A stretch of 64,000 nucleotides of DNA from Alphaproteobacteria bacterium. Lineage in GTDB: Bacteria; Pseudomonadota; Alphaproteobacteria; UBA828. The notes beneath the pieces are model-generated. The model was not told the DNA's origin, ran no database searches, and worked only from the letters and a program-made list of their open reading frames with translations. How positions within the stretch are numbered: the stretch's first letter is position 1; each line of letters starts with the position of its first letter. Shown piece after piece: positions 59,729 to 64,000 of the stretch. The DNA is taken from assembly GCA_050173345.1 (NCBI GenBank), contig JBFXKW010000013.1:2932-66931 (forward strand), written 5' to 3'. Made by a program: the position numbers and the translations under genes.

Positions 59729-61243
59729 TCACATCGTCCGCCAGTCCTCGGCCTGCTCGAAGGCGTGGGCCGCGCGGTAGAGGGTCGGCTCGTCGAAGTG
59801 CCGGCCGATCAGCATCATGCCGATGGGCAGGCCGTCGCTCATGCCGCAGGGCACCGAGAAGGCCGGATGGTGCGTGGCGTCGAACGGCGCGGTGTTCCAC
59901 AGCATCTCGTGCGCGCGCCGGACGATCTCCTCGGGGCCCGCATCGGCGGCGGGCAGCTTTGTCGCCTTCATCGGCACGGTCGGCATCAGGAGCAGGTCAC
60001 ACTCCGTCAGCATCGTGTCATAGGCGGCACGCAAGCCTCGTTGCAGATTGCTCGCCTTGGCGTAGTAGTGCAGCCCGTAGCGCTGGCGGATATAGGTGCC
60101 GAGCAACGTCATGAACTTGACGGTATGGGCCAGCTCGTCGGCGCGCTCGCGCCAGGCGCGCTGGCGCGCCATGAGACCCGTCACATAGCGGTCCATGCGC
60201 GAGCAGCCGAGCGCCTCGCCCCACACGCTGGTCGCCATGATGCCGTCGAGCGCGATCGGCTGCCAGATGTCGAGCCCGTGGCGGTGCAGCGGGATCGAGA
60301 CCTCGCGCACGGTCGCGCCGAGTTCGCCGAGCAGCCCGGCCGCGGCGCGTACCTTGGCATCGACGTCCGCCTCCGAGTTGGGCCAGCCGAAGCCCTCGGC
60401 GACCACGCCGATGCGCAGGCCCTTGACGCCGCCGTCGAGCATCGAGGCATAGGGATGCGTCACCACGTTGCGCTGGCGTGCATCGTAGTCGTCCGGCCCG
60501 GCGATGACCTCGAGCATCAGCGCGTTGTCGCGCACGGTCGCGGTGATCGGCCCGGCATGATCGACCGCGATCTCCATCGGCATGATGCCGGTATAGGGCA
60601 CCAGGCCATAGGTCGGCTTCATGCCGCACACGCCGGAGAACGCCGCCGGCATGCGGATCGAGCCGCCCTGGTCGCCACCGATCGCCATGTCGGCTTCGCC
60701 GAGCGCCACCAGCACGGCGCAGCCGGACGACGAGCCGCCCGCCGAATAGCCCTTCCGGCGCGGGTTGTGCACCGGACCATAGGGGCTGGTATGGCTGCCA
60801 CCCGACAGGCCGAGGCACTCGGCCTCGGCCTTGCCGAGGATGGTCGCGCCGGCATCGAGCAGGCGCTCGACCACGCTGGCGTCGATCTCGGGCACATAGC
60901 CCTCGAGCGTGAGCGCGCCGTTCATCATCGGCACGCCGGCGAGCAGGACGCTGTCCTTGAGCACCACGGTCCTGCCCTTGAGCGGGCCGTCGGCCGCGCC
61001 CTCGACCCGCGCCTTCCAGGCCCAGGCGCCGTACGGGTTCTCAGCCGCGCTCGGCCGATGGCCGCGCCCCCGCGGGTACCTCACGCGCGGCGCCTCCTCG
61101 GCCATACCGTCCACATAATCGTAAGAGGCGAGGTAGCTCGGCATCAGGCCGCGATAGGCGGCGAGCTCCGCCTCACCCAGATGGAAGCCGCACTTGGCGG
61201 CAAGCTCCCCAAGCTGCTCGATGGTGGGCACGGCTAGCGGCAT
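59729..61243 (-). CDS. Amidase (amidase-signature family, GatA-like)
   Basis: AS-family GGSSGG motif (AGGSSSG), Ser-cisSer-Lys context, 504 aa. Confidence 0.85.
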   Translation of the reverse strand: MPLAVPTIEQLGELAAKCGFHLGEAELAAYRGLMPSYLASYDYVDGMAEEAPRVRYPRGRGHRPSAAENPYGAWAWKARVEGAADGPLKGRTVVLKDSVLLAGVPMMNGALTLEGYVPEIDASVVERLLDAGATILGKAEAECLGLSGGSHTSPYGPVHNPRRKGYSAGGSSSGCAVLVALGEADMAIGGDQGGSIRMPAAFSGVCGMKPTYGLVPYTGIMPMEIAVDHAGPITATVRDNALMLEVIAGPDDYDARQRNVVTHPYASMLDGGVKGLRIGVVAEGFGWPNSEADVDAKVRAAAGLLGELGATVREVSIPLHRHGLDIWQPIALDGIMATSVWGEALGCSRMDRYVTGLMARQRAWRERADELAHTVKFMTLLGTYIRQRYGLHYYAKASNLQRGLRAAYDTMLTECDLLLMPTVPMKATKLPAADAGPEEIVRRAHEMLWNTAPFDATHHPAFSVPCGMSDGLPIGMMLIGRHFDEPTLYRAAHAFEQAEDWRTM

Positions 61244-61338
61244 CGGCGGGTCTCCCTATCCTTGTCCCGCCGCATGCTGGACGAGCCGCCGCCCGGCTGC
61301 AAACGCTCAGGCCAGGGGAGATGATGCAGCGCGACGCC

Positions 61339-61836
61339 TCACGCCGCCGGCGCGGCCATCGAGCGCAGCATCCAGGCGGTCTTCTCGTGGACCTGGAGCC
61401 GCTGGGTGATGAGGTCGGCGGTCGGCTGGTCGTTCGCCTTCTCGGCGAGCGGGAAGACCGAACGCGCGGTGCGCGCCACCGCCTCCTGGTCCTGCGCGAG
61501 GGTGCGGATCATCTCGTCGGCATGGGGCACGCCGTTCGCCTCCTTGACGGTCGAGAGCTTGGCGTAGGCGCTGTAGCTGCCGGGCGCCGGGTGGCCGAGG
61601 GCGCGGATGCGTTCGGCGATCAGGTCGACGGCGAGCGCCAGCTCGTTGTACTGCTGCTCGAACATCAGGTGCAGCGTGTTGAACTGCGGGCCCTCGACGT
61701 TCCAGTGGAAATTGTGGGTCTTGAGATAGAGCGTGTAGGTGTCGGCCAGGAGGCGCGACAGGCCCTCCGCGATCTTCTTGCGGCTGCTCTCGTCGATGCC
61801 GATGTCGATGCGCAGCGGCTTGGCTTGCTTGCTCAT
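61339..61836 (-). CDS. dps: Dps (DNA protection during starvation protein, ferritin-like)
   Basis: Dps ferroxidase-site residues ([12 protein letters not shown]..., ...DLIAERI...). Confidence 0.9.
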   Translation of the reverse strand: MSKQAKPLRIDIGIDESSRKKIAEGLSRLLADTYTLYLKTHNFHWNVEGPQFNTLHLMFEQQYNELALAVDLIAERIRALGHPAPGSYSAYAKLSTVKEANGVPHADEMIRTLAQDQEAVARTARSVFPLAEKANDQPTADLITQRLQVHEKTAWMLRSMAAPAA

Positions 61837-61860
61837 GGCGGTTCCCTCCTTGTCTGTTCG

Positions 61861-62160
61861 TCAGGCGGCGGGCGCGGTGAAGCGGCCGCCCATCATAGCA
61901 GCCCCGGACGCGGCGCGCGCCTTCCTCGCCTGGAGCCGCGCCCACACCCGCTCGTGCACATGGTAGGCCGCGGTGTTGCAGAGCGGCTCGATCAGCGCGG
62001 TCAGCCCGCCGAGCAGCAGGCTGCCGGTCAGCGCGTAGCCGATGGCGAAGGCGACGCTCATATGGACGGCGCCGAAGGTGACGGTCTTGAGCAGCGGCAC
62101 TTCGGCCTCCGGGCGGGCCGCGCCATGGGCATGGTGGTCGTGGTGGAACAGGCGTCTCAT
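61861..62160 (-). CDS. DUF2061-family small membrane protein
   Basis: 99 aa, His-rich N-terminus, two TM helices. Co-directional with dps. Confidence 0.5.
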   Translation of the reverse strand: MRRLFHHDHHAHGAARPEAEVPLLKTVTFGAVHMSVAFAIGYALTGSLLLGGLTALIEPLCNTAAYHVHERVWARLQARKARAASGAAMMGGRFTAPAA

Positions 62161-62262
62161 GGTCGTGTCCCTGCTGCTGGGCGTATTGGTACGCCTGGGA
62201 TATGGGAGGGGAGACGCCCATATGGAAATGAATTATTCTGGTCGTACTGATCGGATAAATCG

Positions 62263-63168
62263 ATGAAGCCCCTGCCCAGCCTCAGGCAGCTCCAGCACCT
62301 GGTCGCGCTCGCCGAGCAGCGCCATTTCGGCCGCGCCGCCGCGGCCTGCAACGTCGGCCAGTCGAGCCTCTCCGCCAGCATCGCGGCGCTCGAGGCCATC
62401 CTGCAGGCGCCGCTGGTGGATCGCACGAAGCGCCGCGTCGCGCTGACGCCGCTCGGCCGCGCCACGGTGGAGCGGGCGCGGCGCATCCTGGCCGAGGCGG
62501 GTGCGCTAGTCGAGGCGGTGGACGAGGCGCGTGCGCCGCTCTCGGGCGAGCTCCGGCTCGGCGTGATCCCGACCATCGCGCCGTTCCTGCTGCCGCGCGC
62601 CTTCCCGCGGCTCAGGCGCCGCTTCCCGCAGCTCAGGCTCTACCTCACCGAAGAGCTGACCGAGCGGCTCGTCCTGAGCCTGCACGACGGCGCGCTCGAC
62701 CTCGTGCTGCTCGCGCTGCCCTTCGAGATCGGCCCGGCCGAGACCGTCGTGCTGCTCGACGACCCGTTCCGCTTCGCCTGCCGCAAGGACCACCCGCTCG
62801 CCGCGCAGGAGGCGGTGCCGGTCAAGGCGATCGAGGGCGCCGACCTCCTGCTGCTGAAGGACGGCCATTGCCTGCGCGACCACGCGCTCGCGGCTTGCCG
62901 GCTGCGCAGCCGCCAGGCGCTCGACCCGTTCGAGGCCACCAGCCTCCATACGCTCGTGCAGATGGTGGACAATGGGCTCGGTGCGACGCTGCTGCCCGAG
63001 CTCGCCATCGCCGGCGGCATCCTCAAGGGCACTGGCCTGGTCACCCGCCCGCTCAAGCCCGCCGGCCCGTCCCGCCGCATCGCCCTCGCCTGGCGCAAGG
63101 GCACCGGCAGACGCGACGAGTTCCTGCTGCTGGCGGAGACGCTGAAGGAACTTGCGGCCGCGGGGTAG
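62263..63168 (+). CDS. oxyR: LysR-family hydrogen-peroxide sensor/regulator OxyR
   Basis: LysR HTH N-terminus. Redox Cys pair in OxyR spacing (GHCLRDHALAAC). Divergent from dps. Confidence 0.85.
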   Translation: MKPLPSLRQLQHLVALAEQRHFGRAAAACNVGQSSLSASIAALEAILQAPLVDRTKRRVALTPLGRATVERARRILAEAGALVEAVDEARAPLSGELRLGVIPTIAPFLLPRAFPRLRRRFPQLRLYLTEELTERLVLSLHDGALDLVLLALPFEIGPAETVVLLDDPFRFACRKDHPLAAQEAVPVKAIEGADLLLLKDGHCLRDHALAACRLRSRQALDPFEATSLHTLVQMVDNGLGATLLPELAIAGGILKGTGLVTRPLKPAGPSRRIALAWRKGTGRRDEFLLLAETLKELAAAG

Positions 63169-63267
63169 CGACGGTTGCCGGTCCAAATTAATGTCATATA
63201 GTGTATGTTTTTGTTGATTTATGTCGTATAAAATATCATCTTGTAGATCGATATGGCTTAGTATGTC

Positions 63268-63561
63268 ATGCCTTACGCGCTCGAAGGGATCGCCCGCGCT
63301 CTGAAGGCTGCGCGCATGGCCAAGGGGCTGAGCCAGCGGGCGCTCGGCGCGAAGACCGGCCTGACCCAGGCACACCTTTCGAAGATCGAGAACGCGGCGG
63401 TCGACCTCAGGTTGTCGAACCTGATCGAGCTGGCTCGCGCCCTCGACCTCGATGTCGCGCTGGTGCCGCGCCAAGCGGCGCAGGCGCTGCGAAGCCTCGC
63501 CTCCGGCGCCGCGCCGCCGCGCCCAGCCTACCGGCTCGACGAAGACGGCGCCGATGACTGA
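63268..63561 (+). CDS. hipB: HipB-like XRE-family HTH antitoxin
   Basis: LSQRALGAKTGLTQAHLSKIENAAVDLRLSNLIELARAL. Its stop overlaps the hipA start by 8 bp. Confidence 0.8.
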   Translation: MPYALEGIARALKAARMAKGLSQRALGAKTGLTQAHLSKIENAAVDLRLSNLIELARALDLDVALVPRQAAQALRSLASGAAPPRPAYRLDEDGADD

Positions 63562-64000
63562 TGTTTCCACCCTCGACGTGCTGCTTCACGGCAAGGCCAT
63601 CGGCACATTGACGCGGCTGCCGGACGACCGGGTCATCTTCGCTTTCGAGCAGGGCTATATCGACGACGAGGCGCGCGACACGCTCAGCCTGTCGTTCAAG
63701 AACGAGCTCGGCGGGCTGATCACCGACATGCGGCCAACCCGAACCCGGGTGATGCCGTTCTTCGCCAATCTGCTGCCCGAAGGCCCGCTGCGCGACTATC
63801 TGGCACGACGCGCACGGATCAACCCGAAGCGCGAGTTCTTCCTGCTCTGGGCGCTCGGCCAGGATCTTCCCGGCGCGCTGGTCATCCGGCCTGCCGACGG
63901 CGAGGCCATGCCGCCCGCGGCCGATCAAGGTGGCGACGCTCGTGGCGATGCCGAACCTCGGCCGCTCCGCTTCTCGCTGGCAGGCGTTCAGCTCAAATTC
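63554..64000 (+). CDS. hipA: HipA-family toxin kinase (N-terminal domain; 3' partial, runs off window)
   Basis: HipA N-terminal coupling domain (LDVLLHGKAIGTL...FANLLPEG). Frame open to the window end. Confidence 0.8.
   Translation, partial: MTDVSTLDVLLHGKAIGTLTRLPDDRVIFAFEQGYIDDEARDTLSLSFKNELGGLITDMRPTRTRVMPFFANLLPEGPLRDYLARRARINPKREFFLLWALGQDLPGALVIRPADGEAMPPAADQGGDARGDAEPRPLRFSLAGVQLKF

Overview
This is a very GC-rich alphaproteobacterial (Hyphomicrobiales / Bradyrhizobiaceae-like) chromosomal segment, dense with conserved housekeeping, transport and stress-response genes. Gene content and neighbourhoods look core-chromosomal rather than island-like. I found no obviously novel multi-gene system. 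The most interesting items are at least four families of structured intergenic repeats, a ferric-reductase-like NOX homologue, HxlR/GntR operator candidates, an orphan higA and an AT-rich hipBA junction.

Genes by position, strand in parentheses:
- 1-4.3 kb: pstC (5' partial), pstA, pstB, phoU, phoB (+).
- 4.4-8.1 kb: ampG (-), tandem-USP protein (+), wrbA (-), divergent HxlR regulator (+).
- 8.2-15 kb: SnoaL/NTF2-like (-) with a second HxlR regulator (+), exported Gly-rich protein (+), ferric-reductase/NOX-like flavocytochrome (+), adenosine kinase (-), CysZ/EI24-like (+), bactofilin (+), lipoprotein (+).
- 15-17.4 kb: nth (-), DUF2244 (+), dapB (-).
- 17.5-22.7 kb: hrcA-grpE-dnaK-dnaJ (-), with a putative sigma32-type promoter upstream of dnaK.
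- 22.8-25.4 kb: rph, rdgB, hemW (+).
- 25.4-30.6 kb: LpoA-like protein (-), then rsmI, yraN, BON lipoprotein, SirB1-like, gshB (+).
- 30.6-34.5 kb: small hypothetical (+), DUF4399 (+), PAS-like Cys-cluster protein (-), DsbA-like (+), DUF3016 (+), orphan higA (-).
- 34.5-41.3 kb: 3-hydroxyacyl-CoA dehydrogenase family gene (+), GntR/FadR regulator (-), LLM flavin monooxygenase, Tat-signal solute-binding protein and two ABC permeases (+).
- 41.3-49.6 kb: exbD-exbB (-, no tonB), CNNM/CorC (+), livHMGF plus substrate-binding protein (+), small XRE regulator (-).
- 49.6-57.8 kb: mrp/pha antiporter operon mrpA(B)CDEFG, comM, small hypothetical (+).
- 58-64 kb: HtrA-like protease, GNAT, amidase, dps, DUF2061 (all -), then oxyR, hipB, hipA (3' partial) (+).

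Four families of palindromic REP/MITE-like repeats sit in intergenic spaces, often between convergent genes. Many long antisense ORFs in the supplied track are high-GC artefacts.
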